DNA from: Bryobacterales bacterium
GTDB taxonomy: Bacteria > Acidobacteriota > Terriglobia > Bryobacterales > UBA6623
Direction of reading: 5' to 3'
NCBI GenBank assembly: GCA_965263255.1
Contig: CBDHHA010000008.1
Coordinates: 3,525,987 to 3,589,986, forward strand
DNA length: 64,000 nucleotides
Shown here: piece after piece, positions 17,814-26,887 of the stretch
Layout of the letters: the number at the start of each line of letters is the position of its first letter
How positions within the stretch are numbered: the stretch's first letter is position 1
Translations under genes and position numbers: made by a program
The notes under the pieces: generated by a model
What the model was told of the DNA's origin: nothing
What the model saw: only the letters and a program-made list of their open reading frames with translations
Database searches by the model: none

Positions 17814-18476
17814 TCAGTCATCGGCCCGCGGTCCGGGGAGTCCGACGGGCTGGCGGAACATGGCCCGCAACGGCTTGCGCAGGAGCATGTCGTAGAGTTC
17901 GAGAGGGATCCGCACCAGGTCGTGGAGAAACGGCTTCTGGCCATGGCCGACGATCAGCACGTCGCGCCGGTGGAGGAAATAGCTCACGACGGCCGAGAAC
18001 ATCGAGAACACGATCGAGACGAGCACGCTCTCGTAGAGCCTCGCGGTCCCGCGAAGCGAGTGGACCGCGAACTCGATCCCGTGGCCGATGGCCGGCAGCG
18101 CGAACATGATGACGACGCTAGCCTTCCACGCTGGCTGCACGCGACGGAACGATTGCGACAGGGACGCCAAGGTGCCGACCATCGGCGCGCGATAGAAGAT
18201 CTCGGTGAGGGCAGCGTCAACGGCGCTGTCCCAGCTCGCTGTCAGATTGACGGCAAAGAAGATCGAGGTCCTGGCGATCGCGCTCAGGAGCGCGTTCTTC
18301 CAGTTCCAGTAACGGATCATCCAGCGCAGCGGATGACGCGCCAAGGCTCTGAGCGCACCGCCCAACGATGTCGGCACCGAGTCGGCAGGTCGCCCGGCTG
18401 AGGGTTTGTCCTCAATCTGCATTGGCGTGGAGCCCCGTCCGAATGACTCGGAGGGGGTCGAGCAATCACTCATCAT
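17814..18476 (-). CDS. Hypothetical integral membrane protein
   Basis: 220-aa ORF with several hydrophobic helices (SIFFAVNLTASW, ASVVIMFALPAIGHGIEFAV, LVSIVFSMFSAVVSYFL). I recognise no family, and the start is uncertain. Confidence 0.5.
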   Translation of the reverse strand: MMSDCSTPSESFGRGSTPMQIEDKPSAGRPADSVPTSLGGALRALARHPLRWMIRYWNWKNALLSAIARTSIFFAVNLTASWDSAVDAALTEIFYRAPMVGTLASLSQSFRRVQPAWKASVVIMFALPAIGHGIEFAVHSLRGTARLYESVLVSIVFSMFSAVVSYFLHRRDVLIVGHGQKPFLHDLVRIPLELYDMLLRKPLRAMFRQPVGLPGPRADD

Positions 18477-18658
18477 CGCAGCCCGTTCGCGAGAGCGAGA
18501 ACGCCGGGGCTATCCGGCACGCAGCGCTGCGCTCGGCGTCGCCGCCGTGCGTGGCATTCACAGGCATCGAGAGAGCATTACGGGGCACTCCGCGGCGCGA
18601 AATTTCAGTCTTCAACCGACACATCGCTTGGAGTACACTGCGACCGGGGATTCCTACG

Positions 18659-19096
18659 ATGCCTGTCAGAACTGCCCGCGTGCCTGCCTGCTGTTTCGTC
18701 GCCGCCTTGGCGGCAGCCGTCCCGTTGCTGGCTCACCACGCGTTCTCGGCCGAGTTCGATGCCAACCGGCCGGTCCAGCTCAAAGGGACCGTCACGAAGA
18801 TGGAGTGGATCAACCCGCATGCCTGGATTCACATCGACGTGCACACGGACAACGGCAATGTCGAGAAATGGATGGTGGAGGGAGGGACGCCCAACACGCT
18901 ATTCCGGCGCGGCTTCACGAAGCGGTCGCTGCTGCCGGGCACGGTAATCCTCGTGGACGGCTATCAGGCCAAGGACGGGACGCAGAAGGCGAACGGCCGC
19001 GACCTGACGTTCGAGGACGGGCGCAAGCTCTTCATGGGCTCGTCCGGCACGGGCGCCCCGCGGGACGGTCGCGATCCGACCGAGCGAAGGCGCTGA
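18659..19096 (+). CDS. DUF6152-like secreted protein (mature N-terminus His-His)
   Basis: ORF 18368..19096. The probable start is ATG 18659 (MPVRTARVPACCFVAALAAAVPLLA|HHAFSAEFD...). The pattern HHxFxxxFD...LxGTVTKxEWxNPHxWIxxDV matches what I recall of the DUF6152 family. Confidence 0.65.
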   Translation: MPVRTARVPACCFVAALAAAVPLLAHHAFSAEFDANRPVQLKGTVTKMEWINPHAWIHIDVHTDNGNVEKWMVEGGTPNTLFRRGFTKRSLLPGTVILVDGYQAKDGTQKANGRDLTFEDGRKLFMGSSGTGAPRDGRDPTERRR

Positions 19097-19145
19097 GCGG
19101 CCGGCGAGCAGATCCGGCGCACGACGCGGTCACGTCTCGCTCGAC

Positions 19146-19622
19146 TCAGTAGAACGCGATCCAGCGACCGGAAAAGCCAACGCAGAACCAGAGCCCCATG
19201 GACGCGAGGGCGCTCAGGCGTCCCCAGACCGGCCCCAGCCGTGCCTCGTCCGCCGCGGTGACGCGCTTCCGCACGGTAAAGGTGTACGCGGCGGCAACCA
19301 CGAGGAAGCCCATCTTGTACCAGAACGGCGGGCTGTAGTAGCACTTGATCGCTTCTGACAGGAACATGGGGATGCCGGTCCCGATCATCGTGGCCAAGCT
19401 GCCGACGAGCCACGGCTGCGCGCTCCGGGCCAGCAGCGAGACCGGCTGGCTTCGCAGGCCGAACCCCAGCAACCGGAGATCCACCAACAGTACGGTTCCC
19501 CCCATCAACGCGAGCGCCAGCAGGTGCACCGCCTCGATGACCGGGAAGAGCCAGAGCGACTCCCGGACCACGGTGCCGATGGCCGTGGCTTCGAACCATT
19601 CGAACAGCGGGAACAGGTCCAT
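19146..19622 (-). CDS. Four-helix integral membrane protein, paralogue A (uncharacterised family)
   Basis: 158 aa, MDLFPLFEWFEATAIGTVVRESLWLFPVIEAVHLLALALMGG... It aligns along its full length with the adjacent ORF. Confidence 0.7.
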   Translation of the reverse strand: MDLFPLFEWFEATAIGTVVRESLWLFPVIEAVHLLALALMGGTVLLVDLRLLGFGLRSQPVSLLARSAQPWLVGSLATMIGTGIPMFLSEAIKCYYSPPFWYKMGFLVVAAAYTFTVRKRVTAADEARLGPVWGRLSALASMGLWFCVGFSGRWIAFY

Positions 19623-19634
19623 GAGCCAACCCCT

Positions 19635-20132
19635 CTAGTCGAACCAGTTGTAGGCCTGCATGCGGCCGCAGACAACGACGGCGCTCCACAGGACAAGCGA
19701 CAGGAGGCCCGCCATCCGGGCGCGGAACGGCAGGCTGTCGGACCGATCCCATTCCGCGACCCATCGGAAAACGGTCCTGTGGAACACGAAGGCGTTTAGT
19801 CCCGCCAGCGCGATCGCCACCATCTTGATCTGGAAGAAGATGTTCTGCGAGGCCCGGACCGGGCTGGACAGGAACAGGAGGGATCCGCTGACGACCATCA
19901 GCACGAACCCGGCGATGGCCCAGGGAAAGAGTCGGTTCACCACGTCGGACACCGGCACCTGGCGCAGAGCGAGACCGACCAAGCGCAAGTCCCAGGTAGC
20001 AGTCATGCCGAGAAACAGGCAAAGCGTGAGGACATGGGACGTCTCGACGAACGGGTAGAACAGGATCGACTCGCGGATCCCCACGCTGGCCGGGGTCCCC
20101 TCGAGCCACTCGAGCAATGCTGGAAGCGACAT
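19635..20132 (-). CDS. Four-helix integral membrane protein, paralogue B
   Basis: ORF 19635..20186. I prefer the start ATG 20130-20132 (MSLPALLEWLEGTPASVGIRESILFYPFVETSHVLTLCLFLGM) because it aligns with the start of paralogue A. Confidence 0.7.
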   Translation of the reverse strand: MSLPALLEWLEGTPASVGIRESILFYPFVETSHVLTLCLFLGMTATWDLRLVGLALRQVPVSDVVNRLFPWAIAGFVLMVVSGSLLFLSSPVRASQNIFFQIKMVAIALAGLNAFVFHRTVFRWVAEWDRSDSLPFRARMAGLLSLVLWSAVVVCGRMQAYNWFD

Positions 20133-20237
20133 GGCCGGATTCGGGCTGGTGTCCCGGCCCGCCATAGGCGGGCTGCCCGCAAGCAAGAACCGACTCTACC
20201 AGAACGCCGGATTGTAGAGTACCCTTTGGATGACGGC

Positions 20238-20735
20238 ATGGCTTGGTACAGCGGGAATTCGGCTCGACGATGCGCAGTGGTTTCCCTTGCGGCCGTGGCA
20301 GCCTCGTGCAGCCCGGCAGGAGACTCGGAAGCTCCGCCCTCTCCGTTCAAGGCAGTCGCCTCGGTGGAAGTCCTAATGCACGAGATCGTCTACCCGAATG
20401 CCGAAGTCGTGTGGGACGCGGTCGGGACGATCATCACGGCCGAAGGGACCAATGAGATCCGGCCGGGCAGCCAAGAGGAATGGGACGCGGTGGCGCGCAG
20501 TGCGCTGACCGTGGCGGAAGCGGGGAACCTGCTGATGCTAGAAGGCCGGGCGCAGGACAGCGGCGAATGGATGGAGCGGGCCGCAGCGCTGATCGACGCG
20601 GCCACCCTTGCGATCGACGCCGCGCACGAGCATGACCCCGAAGCGCTGTTCGACGTCGGCGGTCAGATCTACGAAGCCTGCAACGCCTGCCACGAGTCGT
20701 ATTGGGAGAAGCCTCCGTCGGCAATGAGGCCGTGA
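20238..20735 (+). CDS. Cytochrome c'-like (class II, C-terminal CxxCH) lipoprotein
   Basis: ORF 20034..20735. The probable start is ATG 20238 (MAWYSGNSARRCAVVSLAAVAASCS lipobox). The body is helical, and a single heme motif CNACHESYW lies about 15 aa from the C-terminus. Confidence 0.65.
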   Translation: MAWYSGNSARRCAVVSLAAVAASCSPAGDSEAPPSPFKAVASVEVLMHEIVYPNAEVVWDAVGTIITAEGTNEIRPGSQEEWDAVARSALTVAEAGNLLMLEGRAQDSGEWMERAAALIDAATLAIDAAHEHDPEALFDVGGQIYEACNACHESYWEKPPSAMRP

Positions 20736-20795
20736 GGCCGAAGCCCTGCCCGCAGGGCACGAGAGGCCTCCGGCGAGTCTGACGGCAAGAGCCGG

Positions 20796-22265
20796 TCAGA
20801 ACCGGCGCGACCATTCCTGCGGCCAGCGCTCGACCACCACCTTCTTGTCGGTGTAGAACTCGACCGCATCGCGGCCCTGGCCGTGCATGACCCCGAAGAA
20901 GCTGTCCTTCCAGCCGCTGAAGGGGAAGTATGCCATAGGGGCCGCCACGCCGATGTTCACGCCGACATTCCCGGTCGGCACTTCGCTGCGGAACTTGCGA
21001 GCCGAGGCACCGCTCGCCGTGAAGATCGACGATGCGTTCCCGAACGGACTCCGAGCAATCACTTCGATCGCCTCGTCGAGGCTGCCGACAGGCGTCAAGC
21101 CCAGGACCGGGCCGAAGACTTCTGTCGAGCCTAGGAATCCTCCGGCATCCACGCGATCCAAGATGGTCGGTCCCACGAAGTTGCCGCCAGCATGGCCCTC
21201 AACCTTCAGCCCCCTGCCGTCGATCACGGCATCAGCCCCGTCGGCGATCCCGCGGGCGATCGCACCTTCGATGCGCGTCCTGCTGTCCGGGGTGATCACG
21301 GGCCCCATCTGGACGCCCTCGACCAGGCCCGGGCCAACCTGGAGGGAACCGGCGGCAGAGGCGATCGCATCCCGGAACGGCCCGTGAGCCCCGGCAACGG
21401 TCACGACAGTCGACACCGCGAGGCAGCGTTGACCAGCGCATCCGAAGGCGCTGTCGCCGATGATCTTGGTCGTGGTCTCGAGATCGGCATCCGGCATCAC
21501 GACGACGTGGTTCTTGGCGCCACCCTGGCACTGCACCCGCTTGCCGTGGCGCGCCGCCAGCGCGTAGACGTGCCGTGCGACGGGACTCGACCCGACGAAG
21601 CTGATCGCGCGAACCTCGGGGTGCTCGATGAGCGCGTCGGCGGCGTCCCTGCCCCCGTTCACGAGGTTCACGACGCCCGCCGGCAGTCCCGTGGACTCGA
21701 GGATCTCGATCACCTTGCGAATCGACAGCGGCACCTTTTCCGAGGGCTTGATGACGGCAGTGTTGCCGCATGCGATCGCATAGGGCAGGAACCACAGCGG
21801 GATCATCACCGGGAAGTTGAAGGGCGTGACGATTCCGACGACGCCGAGCGGCTGCCGGATCATCGTTTCGTCGATCCCGCGAGCGATGTCCTCGAGATTG
21901 TACCCCTGCATCATCGTGGGAATCCCGCATGCGACCTCGACGTTCTCGATGCCGCGACGCAGTTCCCCGGCAGCTTCGGCGTAGGTCTTGCCGTTCTCCC
22001 GGGAGATGCATCGCGCGATGCCTTCGAATTCCTCTTCGAGCCTCTGCTTGAAGCGGAAGAGGAACTGAATCCGATCGCCCGGGGGCACGGATCGCCAGTC
22101 CGGGTAGGCCTTGGCGGCGGCCTCGACAGCGAGCACCGTGGCATCGCGCCCCTCCAGGGGGACTGTCGCAAGGATCTCGTTCGTAGCGGGATCGATGACC
22201 GAAGTCACGTCGCCGCCAGGCGTGGCCTGCCAGCTTCCGCCGATATAGTTCGACACGCGTTCCAT
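20796..22265 (-). CDS. mmsA: CoA-acylating methylmalonate-semialdehyde dehydrogenase
   Basis: 489 aa. MERVSNYIGGSW, VVGIVTPFNFPVMIPLWFLPYAIACGNTAVIKPSEKVP, catalytic AFGCAGQRCLA, and C-terminal FPFSGWKDSFFG. Confidence 0.9.
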   Translation of the reverse strand: MERVSNYIGGSWQATPGGDVTSVIDPATNEILATVPLEGRDATVLAVEAAAKAYPDWRSVPPGDRIQFLFRFKQRLEEEFEGIARCISRENGKTYAEAAGELRRGIENVEVACGIPTMMQGYNLEDIARGIDETMIRQPLGVVGIVTPFNFPVMIPLWFLPYAIACGNTAVIKPSEKVPLSIRKVIEILESTGLPAGVVNLVNGGRDAADALIEHPEVRAISFVGSSPVARHVYALAARHGKRVQCQGGAKNHVVVMPDADLETTTKIIGDSAFGCAGQRCLAVSTVVTVAGAHGPFRDAIASAAGSLQVGPGLVEGVQMGPVITPDSRTRIEGAIARGIADGADAVIDGRGLKVEGHAGGNFVGPTILDRVDAGGFLGSTEVFGPVLGLTPVGSLDEAIEVIARSPFGNASSIFTASGASARKFRSEVPTGNVGVNIGVAAPMAYFPFSGWKDSFFGVMHGQGRDAVEFYTDKKVVVERWPQEWSRRF

Positions 22266-22403
22266 TGACCCCCATTATCAAGGGGTGAGGGGAGCACGCC
22301 CGTCCAACTCCGCCCTAGCAAGGTCGAGCGAGGAAGTTGCAGGTTTCATGGCGGGGGTTGGGCAAGGTGTCAGTTCGGACGGACGCGTCGGTGCGGCTGG
22401 CCT

Positions 22404-22826
22404 GTGGGGAGAGGACTACTGATGAGACGTCGCACTGCGAACGGCATCGACGGATGGCTGCTGGCGTACCTGCTGGGCTCGATCCCCATCATGGCGATCT
22501 GCTCGATTGGCCTGTCCGGATGGTTCTTCGACTATCCCATCGGTCTGATGGCCGCTATCTTCTGCGCTCTCGCAATTCCGCTTGGGCTGATCGCAACGCG
22601 GTCTCCTCGGGCACCGCGATGGAACGTCGCCGTCCTCTGGACCATGGCCGTGCTGATGACGCTGCGGGCGGCGAGCGTACTCTTCGTTCCGGTCGGAGGG
22701 GACGAACAGCCGCCGCCTCAAGACGAATTGCTCGCGGTGGCAAAGACTCTCGCAGGAATCGTCGCCCTGTTCGTTGCATGGGCCGCCGCATGGACACGCT
22801 TCTTCCGCAGGGCGGAACGCGTCTAG
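22404..22826 (+). CDS. Hypothetical membrane protein
   Basis: 140-aa ORF with four hydrophobic segments. GGAGAGGAC lies upstream of the ATG. I recognise no family. Confidence 0.5.
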   Translation: MGRGLLMRRRTANGIDGWLLAYLLGSIPIMAICSIGLSGWFFDYPIGLMAAIFCALAIPLGLIATRSPRAPRWNVAVLWTMAVLMTLRAASVLFVPVGGDEQPPPQDELLAVAKTLAGIVALFVAWAAAWTRFFRRAERV

Positions 22827-23047
22827 ATCACGCTTCCGTCGCTAGAGGCCACGACAAGAGCGCGCTGCGAGCAACCGGCATGGAATGCGGTCCGATGCTT
22901 GATTCGCAGTCTGCGGCGCCCAGGCCAGCCGTCACGGATGGACAGGCCACTTCGGAGTCAGGGGAACGACTCGAGCCGGGTTGACGTGTGAGATCCCGGA
23001 ACCTCGGCGCTGGCGGTAGCCAATGGATTAGGAAGCACATTCGCCGT

Positions 23048-23088
23048 CACTGATCGTTTAACCTGTTGATACGCTGTTCCGATCAGTG
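23048..23088. repeat. Perfect 9-bp inverted repeat with AT-richer 23-nt spacer, immediately upstream of the aldo/keto reductase RBS
   Basis: CACTGATCG (23048-23056) and CGATCAGTG (23080-23088) are exact reverse complements. The spacer is tttaacctgttgatacgctgttc. GAGGAGGA follows at 23090-23097. Confidence 0.6.
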
Positions 23089-23106
23089 CGAGGAGGACCA
23101 AGCAAA

Positions 23107-24072
23107 GTGGCAGAGAGCAGAAGAGAGTTCGTCAAGGCGGCGGCAGGCCTAGGGTTGGCGGCGAGCGCGGCAGCGGCCGCGGAAGTACCGCGGCGCAAGT
23201 TCGGCAAGACGGGCCTGGAGGTCAGCATCGTCGGCCTCGGCGGAGGACGGGTCGGCACTCACAGGGACGAGGCGGAGGCTCTCCGCACCATCCGCCATTG
23301 CTATGAGTCCGGGATCAACTACTTCGACACAGCCGCGGCAGGTGCGTACGGGCTCAGCCAGCAGCGCTATGGTGTCGCCTTGGAGGGCGTGCCTCGGGAC
23401 CGCCTCGTTTTCGGCACGAAGACCCGGCACCGTACCTACAGCCACTCGGAACTGGACTTGAACCAGAGTCTTGGCGGCCTGCGCACCGACTATATCGACC
23501 TCTACCAAGTGCACAACGTGATGCACATGGAGGACATCGACTTCGTCTTCGGCCCGAGAGGGGTCATGGAGATGATCGAGAAAGCTCGTCGAGACGGCAA
23601 GATCCGGTTCGTGGGTTTCACCGGCCACATGGATCCGCGAGTGATGGCCAAGATGCTGGAGGTATACGACTGGGACACAGTTCTGATGCCGCTGAGCGTT
23701 ACCGACGGGGCGAACCAGGATCTGAGCTTCGAACGGACGACCTTGCCCAGAGCCGTCGAGAAGGACCTCGGCATCATGGCGATGAAGACGACGGGAGTCG
23801 GCGTGCTGCACGACCAGGGAATCTCGACGCTTGAGGAGAATCTGGACTACGTTTGGTCGCTCCCCATTTCGACAGCGATCCTCGGGTGCACGACGCCCGA
23901 ACAAGTGGACAGAGACCTGCAAGCCGCCCGGGCGCACCGGAAGCTGAGCGAGAGCCAGATGGGCGCGCTTCGCAAGAAGTGGCGCGACGTTGATTTCGCG
24001 AGGCTCGAGAGTTGGAAGGTCGACCAGGGAGCGACGCTGGCATCGTCGGGCGAGGAATACTTCGGCGACTGA
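23107..24072 (+). CDS. Aldo/keto reductase with twin-arginine signal
   Basis: ORF 23086..24072. I prefer the GTG 23107 start, about 9 nt after GAGGAGGA. The N-terminus AESRREFVKAAAGLGLAASAAAA matches the Tat motif (SRRxFVK). AKR-family motifs are GINYFDTAAAGAYG, LYQVHNV and FVGFTGH. Confidence 0.85.
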   Translation: MAESRREFVKAAAGLGLAASAAAAAEVPRRKFGKTGLEVSIVGLGGGRVGTHRDEAEALRTIRHCYESGINYFDTAAAGAYGLSQQRYGVALEGVPRDRLVFGTKTRHRTYSHSELDLNQSLGGLRTDYIDLYQVHNVMHMEDIDFVFGPRGVMEMIEKARRDGKIRFVGFTGHMDPRVMAKMLEVYDWDTVLMPLSVTDGANQDLSFERTTLPRAVEKDLGIMAMKTTGVGVLHDQGISTLEENLDYVWSLPISTAILGCTTPEQVDRDLQAARAHRKLSESQMGALRKKWRDVDFARLESWKVDQGATLASSGEEYFGD

Positions 24073-24297
24073 CTCGCCGGGACCGAGACTCGGTCTGCGT
24101 GCTGGCCCGATGCTGCCAGTTGGCGGGGACATGTATCGACATGTGCCCCCGGTCGGTGACGCGTCCTGCAAGCGCCGAAGCTTCTGGAGGCTTGGGGGAG
24201 CTGCCGGAATGAGGGCGGGCTGCCTCGCCGCAAGGCTGCGACTTGATGTCCGCCGGCCATCCAGCATGGCTGGAGTCGTCAACAGACGGAGTCACGT

Positions 24298-26130
24298 GTG
24301 GTTTCCGAACGGGCTCCGCAGCATCGCAGCGAAGGTCGCGCCTGGATAACCCAGCAGGCGTGCGCTACCGCCGAACGTCCGTCGGCTTGCAGCCTTACGA
24401 CAGTGGGGGTACAGAGGCCCTTGACGGCAGATCAACTGAGAGAGGTGATTGCCAGCGGCGAATCAGTCGCCGTTGAGTTCATGGGTGAAGAATCCGCTCC
24501 TCTCGGCGATCGAGAGCTTGTGGAAGCGGTCGCTTGTCTAGCCAATCGAAGCGACAACGGACCGGGCTGGCTGCTGGTCGGCGTGGAGGACGACGGTCGG
24601 GTAAGCGGCGCCCGCGCGCGCCCCGGAGACGGACAGACCGAGAACCAGCGCGTACAGGCTCTCATTGCGACTCGGACCCGGCCCTTCCTAGCCACTCGGG
24701 TCGAAGCGATCGAGGTAAACGGGCGCGAGGTCGTCGTGATCGAGGTGCTGCCTGCGCGCCGACCAGTGGGCACCTCGGACGGGCTCTATCTGCGACGGGC
24801 GGTCAGCAGTGAAGGCATGCCGTTGTGCCTGCCGTTCCACTTCCTGCAGATGCAATCCAGACAAGCCGACCTAGGGCTGGTCGACTTCACCGCGTTCCCA
24901 CTGCAGGGGCTCAGCTTTGCCGCACTCGATCCATTGGAATTCGAGCGCTATCGTCGCAGCATACGAGAGAACCGACGCCGCGGAGACGAAACGCTGCTGG
25001 CCCTCGGCAACCTGGAACTCGCGAAGGCGTTGGGTGCGGTTGAAGTCTCGAATGGGGAGGTGGCGGTAAGAGTATTGGGCTTGCTGCTGTTCGGTAGGGA
25101 GGATGTTCTGGCATCGGCAATTCCGACACACGAGGTTGCGTTCCAACTTGTTTCGGACGGCAACGTGGAGGTCAACGATTTCCTCCGCTGGCCGCTGCTG
25201 CGCGCCATGGAGGAACTGGAGGCGCGGTTCCGGGCGCACAATCGTGAGCGGGAGACCCTAGTCGGCATGACGCGGATCGGCGTGCCCAACGTTCCGGGGA
25301 GGGCCTTCCGAGAGGGCATAGCCAACGCCCTGACGCATCGCGACTACACGCAGAGCGGTGCGGTTCACGTGGCTTGGCACAATGACCGTCTCGAGATCTC
25401 GAACCCTGGCGGGTTTCCGGAGGGCGTTCGTGTCGACAACATCCTAATCACCCAGCCGAGGCCCCGGAACCCGCTGCTCGCGGACGCATTCAGGCGCGCT
25501 GGCATCGTCGAACGGACCGGGAGAGGCGTTGACACGATCTTCGCCGAGCAGGTTCGCACGGGACATTCGCCCCCGTCGTATCGAGGGAGTTCTGCAGCGG
25601 GAGTCCTGCTGGAACTGCCCTGCGGCGAGCCGAATCTCGAGTTCGTTCAGTTCGTGGCCGAACAGGGACTCAAGGACCACCCGTTCCGACAGGAGGAACT
25701 TCTGTTGCTGCACGCACTGTCCCGCAAGTTCGAGTTGACGGCGGCCGAAGCGGCCAGTGCAATTCAGCGGGAAGCGCAGAATGCGACAGACGTCCTCGAA
25801 GCGCTGCGTGAACGCGGCGTCGCCGAATCCCGCCGGACTGCGGACGGCCTGACCTACCGCCTCTCGGCAAGTGCCTCGCTGCGGCTTGACTCACGGCTGG
25901 CAGGCGAACGCAGCATAGGACAGCAGGGTCGGGAAGAGGCGCTGGTGCTTGGATTTCTCGACGGGCACGCCTCGATCTCGCGAAGGGAAGCGGCAGAACT
26001 GTGTGGCATTGCATCCCCCCGGTCCTACCGTCTGTTGCGGAAGATGGAAGACAAGGGTGTACTCCGACGAACCGCACAACGGGGCCGGGGCGTTCGTTAC
26101 GAGAGATGCAAGCAGAAACACGCACTATAA
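24298..26130 (+). CDS. AlbA_2 (Schlafen-like) DNA-binding domain + HATPase_c_4-like domain + C-terminal wHTH protein (putative transcriptional regulator)
   Basis: GESVAVEFMGE...VACLANRSDNGPGWLLVGVEDDGRVSG (AlbA_2-like). REGIANALTHRDYTQSGAVHVAWHNDRLEISNPGGFPEGV...PRNPLLADAFRRAGIVERTGRGVDTI (HATPase_c_4-like). The start codon is uncertain; the ORF track start at 24298 is GTG. Confidence 0.75.
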   Translation: MVSERAPQHRSEGRAWITQQACATAERPSACSLTTVGVQRPLTADQLREVIASGESVAVEFMGEESAPLGDRELVEAVACLANRSDNGPGWLLVGVEDDGRVSGARARPGDGQTENQRVQALIATRTRPFLATRVEAIEVNGREVVVIEVLPARRPVGTSDGLYLRRAVSSEGMPLCLPFHFLQMQSRQADLGLVDFTAFPLQGLSFAALDPLEFERYRRSIRENRRRGDETLLALGNLELAKALGAVEVSNGEVAVRVLGLLLFGREDVLASAIPTHEVAFQLVSDGNVEVNDFLRWPLLRAMEELEARFRAHNRERETLVGMTRIGVPNVPGRAFREGIANALTHRDYTQSGAVHVAWHNDRLEISNPGGFPEGVRVDNILITQPRPRNPLLADAFRRAGIVERTGRGVDTIFAEQVRTGHSPPSYRGSSAAGVLLELPCGEPNLEFVQFVAEQGLKDHPFRQEELLLLHALSRKFELTAAEAASAIQREAQNATDVLEALRERGVAESRRTADGLTYRLSASASLRLDSRLAGERSIGQQGREEALVLGFLDGHASISRREAAELCGIASPRSYRLLRKMEDKGVLRRTAQRGRGVRYERCKQKHAL

Positions 26131-26318
26131 TACGCACGGCATGGAGCCATAAATGCACGGCGTGCGTTTCGTCGCGCGCCGCGTGCAATTCGGGTGAGCA
26201 GACGAGCAAGGCACCGGTGGGCCGCACGGTGATGGGGCTGCCGGCCCTGCCTGGCTAACTTTGGCTCGGATCTGATGGTCGCTCAGTTTCTCGCGGGCGC
26301 CCCACAGCCAGAATCAGG

Positions 26319-26795
26319 TCACTCGAATACGATCTCGGCAATGTAGAGGCTGGGCATCACTTGGTTCCAGCCCTCCGGAATGGCATCGAACGGGAGCCTG
26401 AAATCCACTTCCGACGAAGGTGCCAAGCCATTGCCGGGTCGCACGATGGTCGAGAGCACGCGATGCAGCTCGATTCCGTAGACATCGAAGAAGACGCAAT
26501 TGATGCGGATGCTCTGGATCGGCCGCTCGCCTAGATTGACTATCTTCCCTGTGATCTCGACGAGAGTCTGCCCGAGCGCGTTGTCGGCAGCCGACATCTC
26601 AACGCCGGTCAGGTCGAGATTGGGCAGGTAGTCGCGCGCCTCCGGGGTAAGGACAATCTGCTCGGGGGGCTGCTCGGTTCGATCCTTCCACTCAAAGTAC
26701 GTGAACGCGGCGATTCCGGTCGCGAGCACGGCCGCTATGAGAACCGGCACGGCCTTCGATCCGGACTTGCGTATCTTCTGGCCTGTTTCCAGCAT
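26319..26795 (-). CDS. Hypothetical membrane-anchored protein
   Basis: 158 aa. A single N-terminal TM helix (AVPVLIAAVLATGIAAFTYF) is followed by a soluble domain of about 115 aa. I recognise no family. Confidence 0.5.
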   Translation of the reverse strand: MLETGQKIRKSGSKAVPVLIAAVLATGIAAFTYFEWKDRTEQPPEQIVLTPEARDYLPNLDLTGVEMSAADNALGQTLVEITGKIVNLGERPIQSIRINCVFFDVYGIELHRVLSTIVRPGNGLAPSSEVDFRLPFDAIPEGWNQVMPSLYIAEIVFE

Positions 26796-26887
26796 CGCGC
26801 TACCTGCGGTAGGTGTGGCCGGCGGCCACCGGAATCCTGCCGCTTACCGGATACGAGAATGATCGCAAACTCGACGGGGCCGTTCGC

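Noticed and set aside
19623-19637. Stop-codon readthrough or pyrrolysine at the TAG between the two in-frame membrane-protein ORFs
   Set aside because: Each ORF has its own homologous N-terminus (MSLPALLEW and MDLFPLFEW). Tandem duplication therefore explains the shared frame, and no Pyl machinery is evident.
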